From contig OZ242320.1 of the NCBI GenBank assembly GCA_965208125.1, positions 1,984,001-2,048,000 of the forward strand: a DNA stretch of 64,000 bases, written 5' to 3'. The notes beneath the pieces are model-generated. The model did not search any database. It was not told where the DNA came from and saw only the letters and a list, made by a program, of their open reading frames with translations. Position 1 is the first letter of the stretch; each line of letters starts with the position of its first letter. Origin of the DNA: Candidatus Latescibacterota bacterium (GTDB lineage: Bacteria; Latescibacterota; UBA2968). Below, piece by piece: positions 1 to 9,134 of this stretch. The translations under genes and the position numbers were made by a program.

Positions 1-976
1 CACGCAAAATGTCATAAGAGATTGGGCCAACATATGCGGAGTAATTGATAGTATTAAGTCCAGAATCAGCATACATATCAAAAGCAAAATCGCGATAAGA
101 AAAGCCAAAGGGATCCGTCTTATTATCACCGTAAAGGGCGAGGTCATAACGACCTTCATTGGGGATAACCGCGGCGAGAAAGTATTTATTTCTTATACCA
201 ATCCAGGTCAGTTGACCGCTTGGGGGCGTCTCTTTCTCCTGAAGGCGACCTGTATCCCATGTTTCAACTTCCCCTCCCATGTAAGTAACGATTTGTTCGT
301 AAACACCTTCGTAAAAACTCTCTGAAGTCCCGCGCTTATTTTCTGTGTCAGCAAGACTTCCATCCCATGTTATCCCTAATTTATCATCTCGAGCAAGACC
401 TTCAGCTATGACGGAAACGTGAATGCGATACCGGTTGCCCTGAAATCGAAAACGTTTCTCGACCAGGCCTCGTGAAGATTGAGCGCGAAACACGATCAGA
501 TCTTGCGTATCACCATAAATTTCAAGGCGATCTCGATCGGGAGTAAATTCGAGACCGTTGAGGGACTCACTTGCAACAGTAGTGCCTAATCCAGCACTGT
601 TAGGTGCGATCAATTCCAGCCACTTGCCATTGAGATCAAAATAGTTCTTGAGTTGCCAACTGGTAATCACGCCACCGCGCGTGGAGATGACAGCGCGGTA
701 GAGTTCAGCGTCTATGACAATATCACGTGCCTGAAACGTCGATGTAGAGGCTGGGCTTTTATCCTGGATAACAGGTTGTTGAGTTTCAGGTTGTTGTATG
801 GGTTGCGTTTTGGGAGTTGTATCAGTGATCCGCGGTGGCTCAGTCTGGCGGGAGGTGGGTTTTTCTACAGGATCAAGAGGCTGAGGTTTGTCACCTTGAA
901 AGAATTGCATGTAATACGGCATCAATATCAAGATCAGGCCGATTAACGCAAAAGCAAGTACCGTACGTCTATCCAT
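1..976 (-). CDS. yidC: Membrane protein insertase YidC (N-terminal part; runs off the window edge)
   Basis: Hand-translated frame open from ATG at 976 to the edge: MDRRTVLAFALIGLILILMPYY...AVISTRGGVITSWQLKNY...WIGIRNKYFLAAVIP...YVGPISYDILR; lies downstream of rpmH-rnpA. Confidence 0.93.
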   Translation of the reverse strand, partial: MDRRTVLAFALIGLILILMPYYMQFFQGDKPQPLDPVEKPTSRQTEPPRITDTTPKTQPIQQPETQQPVIQDKSPASTSTFQARDIVIDAELYRAVISTRGGVITSWQLKNYFDLNGKWLELIAPNSAGLGTTVASESLNGLEFTPDRDRLEIYGDTQDLIVFRAQSSRGLVEKRFRFQGNRYRIHVSVIAEGLARDDKLGITWDGSLADTENKRGTSESFYEGVYEQIVTYMGGEVETWDTGRLQEKETPPSGQLTWIGIRNKYFLAAVIPNEGRYDLALYGDNKTDPFGFSYRDFAFDMYADSGLNTINYSAYVGPISYDILR

Positions 977-1029
977 AGATCAGGTCTTTCTACACAGAAA
1001 ACAATAAAGGAAGGGATTGTAATAAAGGA

Positions 1030-1377
1030 TCAGGCGTCGATAAGACCGAGCTTTTGAAATGCGAGGTGTAGTTCAAGACGAAGTTCGGCATAGGAGACTC
1101 CACAGGCGTGATCTCCTATGGAGATAAGCACCAGATAGTGAGGATGACCTGAAGGTATTAGTTCGGAACATACTGATCGTACTTGCCGTCGAATGCGATT
1201 GCGCCGAACTGCGTTGCCAAATTTTTTCCGAACTGAAATGAGCGTTAGATCCATCTCGGAAGTACCTGTCCGAACATGAACCCAACGCCCACGAAAGATT
1301 TGGCCGTGCTGTCGAATTTTCGCAATTTCGCGTCGAATGCGGAGGTTGGGTGTTCCCATAACACACCTGCATATCAA
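1030..1377 (-). CDS. rnpA: Ribonuclease P protein component (alternative start ATG at 1359)
   Basis: RNR motif [17 protein letters not shown]; between rpmH and yidC. Confidence 0.92.
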   Translation of the reverse strand: MICRCVMGTPNLRIRREIAKIRQHGQIFRGRWVHVRTGTSEMDLTLISVRKKFGNAVRRNRIRRQVRSVCSELIPSGHPHYLVLISIGDHACGVSYAELRLELHLAFQKLGLIDA

Positions 1378-1508
1378 TGCGATAGCTGCTTGCGACCCTT
1401 TCGGCGCCGTCGATTCAGCACATGGCGGCCACGGGGAGAACTCATGCGAGCGCGAAAACCGTGTTTATTTTTGCGCTTGCGATTATGTGGTTGAAACGTG
1501 CGTTTCAT
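1374..1508 (-). CDS. rpmH: 50S ribosomal protein L34 (44 aa, below the ORF-track cutoff)
   Basis: Hand translation [44 protein letters not shown]. Confidence 0.97.
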   Translation of the reverse strand: MKRTFQPHNRKRKNKHGFRARMSSPRGRHVLNRRRRKGRKQLSH

Positions 1509-1563
1509 CAAACTACCCCGTATCTACAAAAATTTCAATTATCTATATCGACAAAGGGTTTGG

Positions 1564-1592
1564 AATATAGAGGTGCGTATCTCCTTTGTCAA
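1564..1592 (-). promoter_or_regulatory. Sigma70-type promoter for rpmH-rnpA-yidC
   Basis: Minus strand TTGACA-17 bp-TATATT, about 55 bp upstream of rpmH. Confidence 0.7.
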
Positions 1593-1628
1593 GGGATTTC
1601 AGTTTGATAGGAGAGTCCTGTTATTATA

Positions 1629-1673
1629 CTACAATATATAGTGTACATTTTTTTTGTACACTATATATTGACT
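1629..1673. promoter_or_regulatory. Pair of NrdR-box-like operators upstream of dnaA
   Basis: CTACAATATATAGTGT (1629-1644) and ACACTATATATTGACT (1658-1673) fit acaCwAtATaTwGtgt. The second overlaps a TTGACT-17-TATTTT promoter candidate (1668-1696). Confidence 0.65.
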
Positions 1674-1734
1674 TTTTACTATTATTTTACTATTTTCCAA
1701 ATGTTTATTAATATTTTTCTATCACCAAAACCTC

Positions 1735-1763
1735 TTGACACCGCTTATTCCATTGCTTAATTT
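1735..1763 (+). promoter_or_regulatory. Candidate dnaA promoter
   Basis: TTGACA (1735-1740) followed by TGCTTAATTT at -10 spacing. Confidence 0.45.
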
Positions 1764-2033
1764 TCGATTAGCTTTCAGAATCTTTTGAAATTCACTTTTG
1801 AAGTGGATCCCCCACCGTAGTCTGCTGTTAAGAATAACCGAACTATTTCGATTTCAAAATTTCAGAATACTTTCAATTTTCCCCCCCTCAATTGAGAGCC
1901 TTCCGGCTTCTGAACCGAAATCAACCTCCCTTATATTCGGATTCCTCAGACAACGGTTTCCAGCACGTAAAGTATCCTATTGATATTCCTTTAGTTGGCG
2001 CGTGTTTGCCAGCCATAGACGGATATTCGCACT

Positions 2034-3416
2034 ATGGATGAACGCTCTTCTAACTTATGGAACCGGTGTCTCCACGCCATCCAGGAAAAAATACAGGATC
2101 AAAGTTTTGAAACCTGGTTCGCTCCAATTACGGCCCGGCAATTTACCTCTGAAGATGCTATTCTGGTGGTGCCCGAAAGAATTTATGCCGATTGGTTAGA
2201 ACAAAATTACATCGGGTTGATCAAAACGACCATCCAAGAAGTTTTCGCCTGGAATCCGCGCATAAGTTTTGCCGTTGGTGATACCCATCAACAAATGGCA
2301 TCTCCCGTGACACAGGGTCCCGAATTCATGCAGGCAACATCTCTCGATCCTGTATCTGCTGAACCATCTCTTCATCCTGGACCTGCCCAACCCGTATTTC
2401 CTCTTAACCCGCGATATCGGTTTGAAAATTTTGTTGTTGGCGAAAGCAATGAAGTGTCGTTTTCCGCTGCAAAAGCCACAGCAGAATCGCCTGGACAAAC
2501 GGCTTTTAATCCTCTTGTCCTTTATAGCGGTGTTGGATTGGGCAAAACCCACCTGCTACAGGCTATTGGTGCATACTGTATCGAAATGGGGACAGCCCAG
2601 CGGGTGGTTTATGTTACTGCACAACAGTTTCTCACGGATTATTTAGAAGGAATTAACCGCGGAACAACCTCTAATTTCTATCAAACCTATCGCCAGGCGG
2701 ATGTGTTGCTGGTTGATGATATCCAGTATTATGTGAAAACCGAAGGTTGCCAAAGAGAGTTTATCCATACATTTAATGCCCTATTTCAAGCGGATAAACA
2801 GATCATTATCAGTTCCGACCGACCGCCATCTCATCTCAAAGGGTTTGAAGATCGGTTGATTTCCCGGTTTCAATGGGGTCTGGTTACAAATATTGAGGCA
2901 CCAGACCTTTCCACACGTGTGGCAATTTTAATGCAGAAAGCAGAAGAGATGGGTGTTTTATTGTCCCACGAGATTGCCAGTTTCTTAGCTGAACAGATCG
3001 ATACCAACATCCGCGAACTTGAAGGTGCATTAAAACGCCTGGTGGCCTTTACCAAATTACAACGCTATCCACTTACGATTGAAACAGCGCGAAAGACTCT
3101 TCTAAGCCCGCCCCAAAAGACCAAGCCGACTGTTACTATTGAGAGCATTCAAAAAGCTGCCGCTCACTTTTTTGAAATACCTTTAGATAAACTGATCGGT
3201 GCAACTCGAAAGCAAGATGTGGCAACAGCCCGGCATGTGAGTATGTATTTGAGCAAATCTCTTACAGGTGCTCCACTCAAGACCATTGGTGTACAATTTG
3301 GCAATCGCGATCACAGCACAGTTATTCACGCCTGCCGAAGAGTAGAAGACAAAATATCAGCGGATCCAGAATTTGAACATCTCGTCAGTGAACTACAAGA
3401 TCATATCGTAAGTTAA
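2034..3416 (+). CDS. dnaA: Chromosomal replication initiator DnaA
   Basis: FNPLVLYSGVGLGKTHLL Walker A, LLVDDIQ Walker B, SRFQWGL, FGNRDHSTVIHA domain IV. Confidence 0.99.
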   Translation: MDERSSNLWNRCLHAIQEKIQDQSFETWFAPITARQFTSEDAILVVPERIYADWLEQNYIGLIKTTIQEVFAWNPRISFAVGDTHQQMASPVTQGPEFMQATSLDPVSAEPSLHPGPAQPVFPLNPRYRFENFVVGESNEVSFSAAKATAESPGQTAFNPLVLYSGVGLGKTHLLQAIGAYCIEMGTAQRVVYVTAQQFLTDYLEGINRGTTSNFYQTYRQADVLLVDDIQYYVKTEGCQREFIHTFNALFQADKQIIISSDRPPSHLKGFEDRLISRFQWGLVTNIEAPDLSTRVAILMQKAEEMGVLLSHEIASFLAEQIDTNIRELEGALKRLVAFTKLQRYPLTIETARKTLLSPPQKTKPTVTIESIQKAAAHFFEIPLDKLIGATRKQDVATARHVSMYLSKSLTGAPLKTIGVQFGNRDHSTVIHACRRVEDKISADPEFEHLVSELQDHIVS

Positions 3417-3449
3417 GAAATAGCTGATAGATCTTTAATATATGGTATG

Positions 3450-3485
3450 CCCCAGACCTCTATTGGGAGTCTGGGGTTTATTTTT
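3450..3485 (+). terminator. Intrinsic terminator after dnaA
   Basis: CCCCAGAC-loop-GTCTGGGG followed by TTTATTTTT. Confidence 0.75.
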
Positions 3486-3529
3486 GTCGATTATATTCCT
3501 GTTTTGGATGTTCAGATGGACGTTTACTC

Positions 3530-3900
3530 ACAATCTCTGTTTATGTTATTAATAGAATGAGAATATATAGTGTGATATACAACAATAATAATAACACTGT
3601 GGATTCTGTGGAAAATGCGATAAAAAAAGAAAAACGCGCTTAAAAATAGTGGGTTAAGAATGCTTCTGCCAATATGACATTGTGTATTTCTGTGTGCAAA
3701 AAGTGTGGAAAAATAGTGTGGTTTTCCACACTTGAGCATGTGGATATCTTTTTCACACAGATAATCCACAATATATTCAGATTTTTTTCCACATCCAAAA
3801 ACTTGTGCACAACTCTGTGCACAGTCTTTCTTTCTCTTTAAAAATCAATGGGTTTTGATTTTTTTATCCAATGGTCAGGAAATTGAGTTATCCACATTGA
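3530..3900. other. oriC: DnaA-box cluster with DnaA-trios and AT-rich unwinding region
   Basis: TTWTNCACA matches at 3607-3615(-), 3693-3701(-), 3704-3712(-), 3722-3730, 3785-3793 and 3888-3896 (perfect TTATCCACA); near-matches at 3598, 3739, 3762, 3803, 3815. Minus strand TTTTCCACA-GAATCCACA-GTG-TTATTATTATTGTTG resembles the basal unwinding system. Confidence 0.9.
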
Positions 3901-4016
3901 AGAAATCTATTGTTGATTAGTCCCTCTGGTTGAGGAAGGAGTTTCGTTTTTTATGGCGATATGTTTATATTGTTCTGTGTCGTGAGGTAGGCAATCGCAA
4001 CAATTATTCGCAGGAG

Positions 4017-4643
4017 ATGATTGAGGTGCTGACTTATGATCCTCAAAAAGCAATCCGCGTATTGGGCAAAAATGATCGCACACTCGGTCGATTAATCGAG
4101 CAGGCAGGACCAATAACCCTTGATTTACCAGAACAAGTAAACCCTTTTGATGCGCTTTTGCGATCGATTATCTATCAACAACTCTCAGGAAAAGCAGCTG
4201 CCGCCATTCACAAACGGGTGCGTGCCCTGTTTTCTGGGGGAAAGATCAACCCAAATCAAGTACTTGCGATGGATGACCAGGTGCTTCGCCATGCGGGAAT
4301 GTCCCGGGCAAAAGTAGTCGCCGTAAATGATCTGGCGCAAAAAACCATAGATGGCGTGATTTCCCCGGGTTCACGACTTCGCGAAATGTCGGATGCCGAT
4401 ATTGTAGAAAATCTCACACAAGTGCGCGGCATTGGAGAGTGGACCGTTCAAATGTTTCTGATGTTTCATCTCGGCAGACCCGATGTACTCCCGACAAAAG
4501 ATTTGGGGGTGCGCAAGGGATTTATGCTTACTTATGGATTGGATGAGTTGCCGGCAGAAAAAGAAATGATGGTCTATTGCGAGCGGTGGAGACCTTATCG
4601 CTCGGTGGGAAGCTGGTACATGTGGCGGGCACTTGAATTGTGA
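4017..4643 (+). CDS. alkA: DNA-3-methyladenine glycosylase II (AlkA/HhH-GPD family)
   Basis: SIIYQQLSGKAA, LTQVRGIGEWT HhH, DVLPTKDLG, WRPYRS; start is within ORF 3930-4643 (ATG 4017 or GTG 4026). Confidence 0.85.
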   Translation: MIEVLTYDPQKAIRVLGKNDRTLGRLIEQAGPITLDLPEQVNPFDALLRSIIYQQLSGKAAAAIHKRVRALFSGGKINPNQVLAMDDQVLRHAGMSRAKVVAVNDLAQKTIDGVISPGSRLREMSDADIVENLTQVRGIGEWTVQMFLMFHLGRPDVLPTKDLGVRKGFMLTYGLDELPAEKEMMVYCERWRPYRSVGSWYMWRALEL

Positions 4644-4675
4644 GGCTGAATTTTCATGTATAAATGGAGCGGATT

Positions 4676-6034
4676 ATGCCAAACCTGATCGTTTTATTGA
4701 GTGACCAATTGCGCCGACAGGCTCTTGGAGTTCACGGGGATCCGGATGCTCGCACACCGCATCTGGATGCCTTTGCACAACAGGGGGTTCGATTTGACAA
4801 TGCGTGTTCCACGTATCCAATCTGCGTGCCTTTCAGGTTTACACTTATGACAGGCGAATATGCGCATGTCCGCAAAATACCGGGAATCGAATACGCTATG
4901 TCCACGGAAGAGCGCACGCTGGCCGATGAGTTTAATGAGGCGGGATATGAGACCATTTATGTGGGCAAATGGCATCTCGATGGCGGGCACGGGCGGTTGG
5001 GATCTGCTGTGCAGGTCAATCGCACGCGGATACCGCGTTCTCGTCAAGGTCGCTGGCAAAAATGGTACGGTTTTGAGCTGCGCAATGATCCCTTTGATAC
5101 CTGTTATTTTGAGGATGACGATCCCACACCAAAAAAAATTGAAGGGTATCAGACCGATGGCTTGTTTCAAATTGGTATGGACTATATAAAAGACCGGGCA
5201 GACGACAGGCCCTTCTGTATGGTCATTTCTGTGGAACCCCCCCATGATCCTTTTGTGGCTCCCGAAGATGTGCAATCTGCGTGGGAAGCGAGAGATATTG
5301 TATTGCCCGAAAACTTTGATGTGACAGACCCCGCGGAGCGCGAAACTTTTATTCTCAATCGCAAGCGCTACAATGCCATGGTTGAGAATCTGGATGCCAA
5401 TGTCGGAAAGATGATGGCTTTTCTCAAAGCAGAGGGATTATTGGATGATACAGTCGTGGTCTTTTTATCCGACCACGGAGAATTGGCGGGCGCACACGGT
5501 CTGCGAGCGAAGCAGTGGCCCTATGAAGAATCTGTGGGGATTCCGCTCATGGTGTGGGATTCTCGTGTGAGAGAACGCGCGGGAACGGTGATTAAAGATC
5601 CGACGTGTACCGAGGATTTGTTTCCAACGCTGCTGGGTCTGGCGGGATTGGCTCCCAAAAACAAGGTGCAGGGGACGAACTTAACGCCACTTATTCACGG
5701 GGATGTCAACGCGCTTGATCGCGAGGGCGTTTTGCTCGAGTTTGTTGCGGAACTACGAGAACGGCCACCATTTTTTGATGAAGTCTGGCGGGGATTTCGG
5801 ACGCGGGATTACAAATATACCGTTAAGGGCAATAACATGGGCGGCAGACCCTGGCAATTTTTTGATCTGAAAAACGATCCCGGGGAAATGAATAATCTGG
5901 TGGATGATCCCAATTACCGCGACCAGGTCGCGCACCATCATCGCTTGCTGTGCGAGCGCATGATTGAGACAGAGGATCACTTTGTCCTGCTCCCGGCGTT
6001 TGACAGTGAAGGTGTAAACATCTGGGAAGCGTAA
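4676..6034 (+). CDS. Sulfatase (formylglycine-dependent, family S1)
   Basis: SDQLR, CVPFR (CxPxR), GKWHL, SDHG; GGAG precedes ATG 4676. Confidence 0.93.
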   Translation: MPNLIVLLSDQLRRQALGVHGDPDARTPHLDAFAQQGVRFDNACSTYPICVPFRFTLMTGEYAHVRKIPGIEYAMSTEERTLADEFNEAGYETIYVGKWHLDGGHGRLGSAVQVNRTRIPRSRQGRWQKWYGFELRNDPFDTCYFEDDDPTPKKIEGYQTDGLFQIGMDYIKDRADDRPFCMVISVEPPHDPFVAPEDVQSAWEARDIVLPENFDVTDPAERETFILNRKRYNAMVENLDANVGKMMAFLKAEGLLDDTVVVFLSDHGELAGAHGLRAKQWPYEESVGIPLMVWDSRVRERAGTVIKDPTCTEDLFPTLLGLAGLAPKNKVQGTNLTPLIHGDVNALDREGVLLEFVAELRERPPFFDEVWRGFRTRDYKYTVKGNNMGGRPWQFFDLKNDPGEMNNLVDDPNYRDQVAHHHRLLCERMIETEDHFVLLPAFDSEGVNIWEA

Positions 6035-6036
6035 CT

Positions 6037-7125
6037 TCATGGTTTCCAGATGGTCGCGCCGATATAGCGTTCGCCTTCTGGCGTATCGTTATAATAATAG
6101 GCTGTTACAAGTGATCCATCGGGTCTCAAGACGGTGCGCGGATATCCGATATCCGCATTGCCACCGTCGTCGCGCAGGACGATTTCCTCGCCCCAATTGG
6201 TTCCGGTCATATCACTGATCCTCGCGCGAATACCATAAGGTGCTGCGCGATAACCGTAAGTTAGAACGATCCGTCCATCCTTCAGATGCGTCAACGTCGG
6301 CGGGTTCCCCCCCTGGCCAGAAGCCGGTACAGGCTGGCCGACCTGTGTCCAGGTCAGCCCATCATCTTCGGATAAATACGTATCAATCCAGTGTTTAGAC
6401 GCTGTAAATTCTCCGCGCTCCGTGCAGCGCACAGCGACGAGAATACTCCCATCACTCAGACGCAGGCTCGCTGGCATGATCTGAAAACCCGCAGGCTCTT
6501 CGCTCAGCCACGATAGAAATCCAAATTTGCGCCCGCCATCATAAGACCGCGCAGCAAATACGCGGCCTTCCAGCCCATTGCGCTTGTTCGCCGTTAGAAA
6601 TAGCGTACATCGGTCCGGGCTATCTACCAGATAATCCGTTCGCGCAGCAATCCCGGTTTGTCCCCACATGGGGAGATAGAAAGGTCCGTTCCACGACTGG
6701 CATCGGTCCTGTGAATAGTACCAGAAGGAACAGACTCCCGGACCCAGGCCCGTTCTGGCACACATCAATGCGAAATCGGGATGGGAAAAATCCACATTGC
6801 CCAGACAATCTGTCGGCGCGTGTTCACCGTCCAGAACTTCACCTACGCGCAATCCCTCATTCATGTGTTCGTCAGCTGATAATCCGCGATTTTCCGGGGT
6901 TTTGCACGGCGTGGGCGTCACCTTCCAGGTTTCGCCGCCATCCACACTGCGCGCCTGCATGTTTACAAATGGACGGTCTTTGTCTCGCGCGTGAAAACCG
7001 CCCTCGGGATCTGTGTATCCCAGCGTAAATCCCAGTGCGATCTCGTCGTCCCACGACCACATACCGTAATTTGCGGGCCAACCTGCAAACCGCCCCGTTT
7101 CTCGGTACACTGTTACGTGTTTCAT
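6037..7125 (-). CDS. BNR/Asp-box repeat sialidase-like beta-propeller
   Basis: Asp boxes SVDGGETW, SYDGGRKF, SEDDGLTW; C-terminal DIGYP. Confidence 0.8.
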   Translation of the reverse strand: MKHVTVYRETGRFAGWPANYGMWSWDDEIALGFTLGYTDPEGGFHARDKDRPFVNMQARSVDGGETWKVTPTPCKTPENRGLSADEHMNEGLRVGEVLDGEHAPTDCLGNVDFSHPDFALMCARTGLGPGVCSFWYYSQDRCQSWNGPFYLPMWGQTGIAARTDYLVDSPDRCTLFLTANKRNGLEGRVFAARSYDGGRKFGFLSWLSEEPAGFQIMPASLRLSDGSILVAVRCTERGEFTASKHWIDTYLSEDDGLTWTQVGQPVPASGQGGNPPTLTHLKDGRIVLTYGYRAAPYGIRARISDMTGTNWGEEIVLRDDGGNADIGYPRTVLRPDGSLVTAYYYNDTPEGERYIGATIWKP

Positions 7126-8129
7126 AATTTAACCGTACCATCTTCCAGCATGCTCAACAGTGCGGAATCATCCACATTTAGAGGTAATACAACTCTGCCC
7201 CGACGACGACTCGACTCATAAGTTGCAAAAATCAATTCTGTTGCCTGGAGTGCTTTGCGCCCCGAAAGTTCGGGTTCGCGCCCGTTTTTCACGGCGTCAA
7301 TGAGGTCCAGCACAGCAACGGTTGTCGCATCGCGCTGACTCACCATGCCGCTGAGATCCACATCTATCTCCTGGGTGCCCGATACAACGCGGAGTGGGCG
7401 AGCATCGCGGCCCCCAATTTCAATGAACCCTTCGCTCCCGACCAACCGATTCGCAATGCCCTGCATCCTGGTTATACCTGTTACCAACAACCCCTCGCGG
7501 CCATTTTGATACCGAATCCAGGAAATTCCGCTGCCTTCCACGGGGGTCCCAAACACCTCGCGCCCACCTTCTGCGTCAATTTGCCCGATTACCCACTCGG
7601 CGGGTTCATCGTCATTGTAAAAGAAAAACATATCGAACCAGTGCGTGCCCCAGTCGAACATGTTTGGACAATTGCCTTCAAAACGCCGCACTTCGCCAAT
7701 GGCACCAGATTTTGCAATTTCCTTTGCCTTTATAAATTGCCCGGCAAACCGCCTCTGGTGACAAAATGTAATGACCACATCGTTATCTACGCATGCCTGA
7801 TACAGCGACTTTGCTTCTCCCCAGGTCGGTGCCATCGGTTTTTCGGCGTGAATCGCCTGTATCCCACTGCCCGCCGCATCTACAATCATATCGTGATGCA
7901 ATCCGGTCCAGGTACACACGCTGACAAAATCCAGGTCTTCCTTTTCCAGCATGTCGCGGTAGTCTTCATAGCCATTTTCAACACCAAATTCTTCCATATA
8001 CGCCGAACGCGGAGCCTCAAACGGATCGGCACACGCTACGATCGCTACGTCGTCTGACGCGGTCCATCCGCGTGCATGCGCTTTTCCACGACCCCCACAA
8101 CCGATAACACCAGCTTTAAAATTTGCCAT
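7122..8129 (-). CDS. Gfo/Idh/MocA family oxidoreductase
   Basis: GVIGCGGRG Rossmann motif, AEKPMA, DWGTHWFD; start placed at MANFK. Confidence 0.9.
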   Translation of the reverse strand: MANFKAGVIGCGGRGKAHARGWTASDDVAIVACADPFEAPRSAYMEEFGVENGYEDYRDMLEKEDLDFVSVCTWTGLHHDMIVDAAGSGIQAIHAEKPMAPTWGEAKSLYQACVDNDVVITFCHQRRFAGQFIKAKEIAKSGAIGEVRRFEGNCPNMFDWGTHWFDMFFFYNDDEPAEWVIGQIDAEGGREVFGTPVEGSGISWIRYQNGREGLLVTGITRMQGIANRLVGSEGFIEIGGRDARPLRVVSGTQEIDVDLSGMVSQRDATTVAVLDLIDAVKNGREPELSGRKALQATELIFATYESSRRRGRVVLPLNVDDSALLSMLEDGTVKL

Positions 8130-8146
8130 TTTCTTTTCTCCTCTAT

Positions 8147-9118
8147 TTATGTTTTCCAAATCGATGTCGCATCCACCACATATCCCCTCTGATTATCCAC
8201 CACATTCAACAGAGGTTCTCCGGCGCAGAATCGGCGCACGTTTTCTACGATTAATGCCTTTCTGCGCTTGTCAATCTCTGGCGACACACCGGCCACATGC
8301 GGCGTCAAAATTACATTTTCCATGGACCACAGGACGTGATCTTGCGGCAGTGGTTCCTCTTCATACACGTCGAGGCCTGCACCGCCGATCTGTCCGGATT
8401 GCAATGCACTGGTCAGGGCGTGCAATTTGACCACTTTGCCGCGGCCGATGTTGATTAGAATGCCCGTATTTTTCATTGCGCGAAACATGTCCGCATCGAA
8501 TAACCCTTCGGTCTGGGCTGTATGAGGTACGCAAATTACCACAAAATCGGACTCCCCTACCATATCCGAAAGTTCATCTGGGGAATAAATACGCGCGATA
8601 AAATCGGGTTTTCCCTTTGGTGCAGGATCCATTCCCAGCACGCGCATGCCAAATACCGGGCCTCGTTCGGCAACAGCCAGACCAATGCCCCCCAAACCGA
8701 CTACGCCCAGTGTCGTTTCCGCAAGATGGATGACCGGTGCGCCTTTTTCCCATTTGCTCTGGGACTGATTGCGAATATAGTGATGCAGTCCGCGGGCAAA
8801 TGCCATGACCATTGAAAATACATGGTCGGCAATTACATCGCTGTATATCCCGCGAATATTTGTCACTGTCAAGTCGCTTTTCCGCAGCTCTGGAAAGTAA
8901 TAGCCATCCAGCCCAGCACTCGTCGCCTGTACCCATCGCAGTTCTTTCGCTGCTTTCAAAATTTGTGGGGACATACCGCCAAAATACGCATCTGCATCAC
9001 CAATTTCCGACAGGATGTCTTCTTCGGACTTCACCACCACAGTTTCCACACCCAGGTCGTGGATCTGCTGCATGTATTCATCTTCCAACGCCCGCTGCAA
9101 TACCATTTTTATTGCCAT
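8147..9118 (-). CDS. D-2-hydroxyacid dehydrogenase family protein
   Basis: GVVGLGGIG, INIGRG, GAGLDVYEEEPL, TPHVAG; GGAGG RBS before MAIKM. Confidence 0.92.
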   Translation of the reverse strand: MAIKMVLQRALEDEYMQQIHDLGVETVVVKSEEDILSEIGDADAYFGGMSPQILKAAKELRWVQATSAGLDGYYFPELRKSDLTVTNIRGIYSDVIADHVFSMVMAFARGLHHYIRNQSQSKWEKGAPVIHLAETTLGVVGLGGIGLAVAERGPVFGMRVLGMDPAPKGKPDFIARIYSPDELSDMVGESDFVVICVPHTAQTEGLFDADMFRAMKNTGILINIGRGKVVKLHALTSALQSGQIGGAGLDVYEEEPLPQDHVLWSMENVILTPHVAGVSPEIDKRRKALIVENVRRFCAGEPLLNVVDNQRGYVVDATSIWKT

Positions 9119-9134
9119 TTCACCACCTCCAGTA

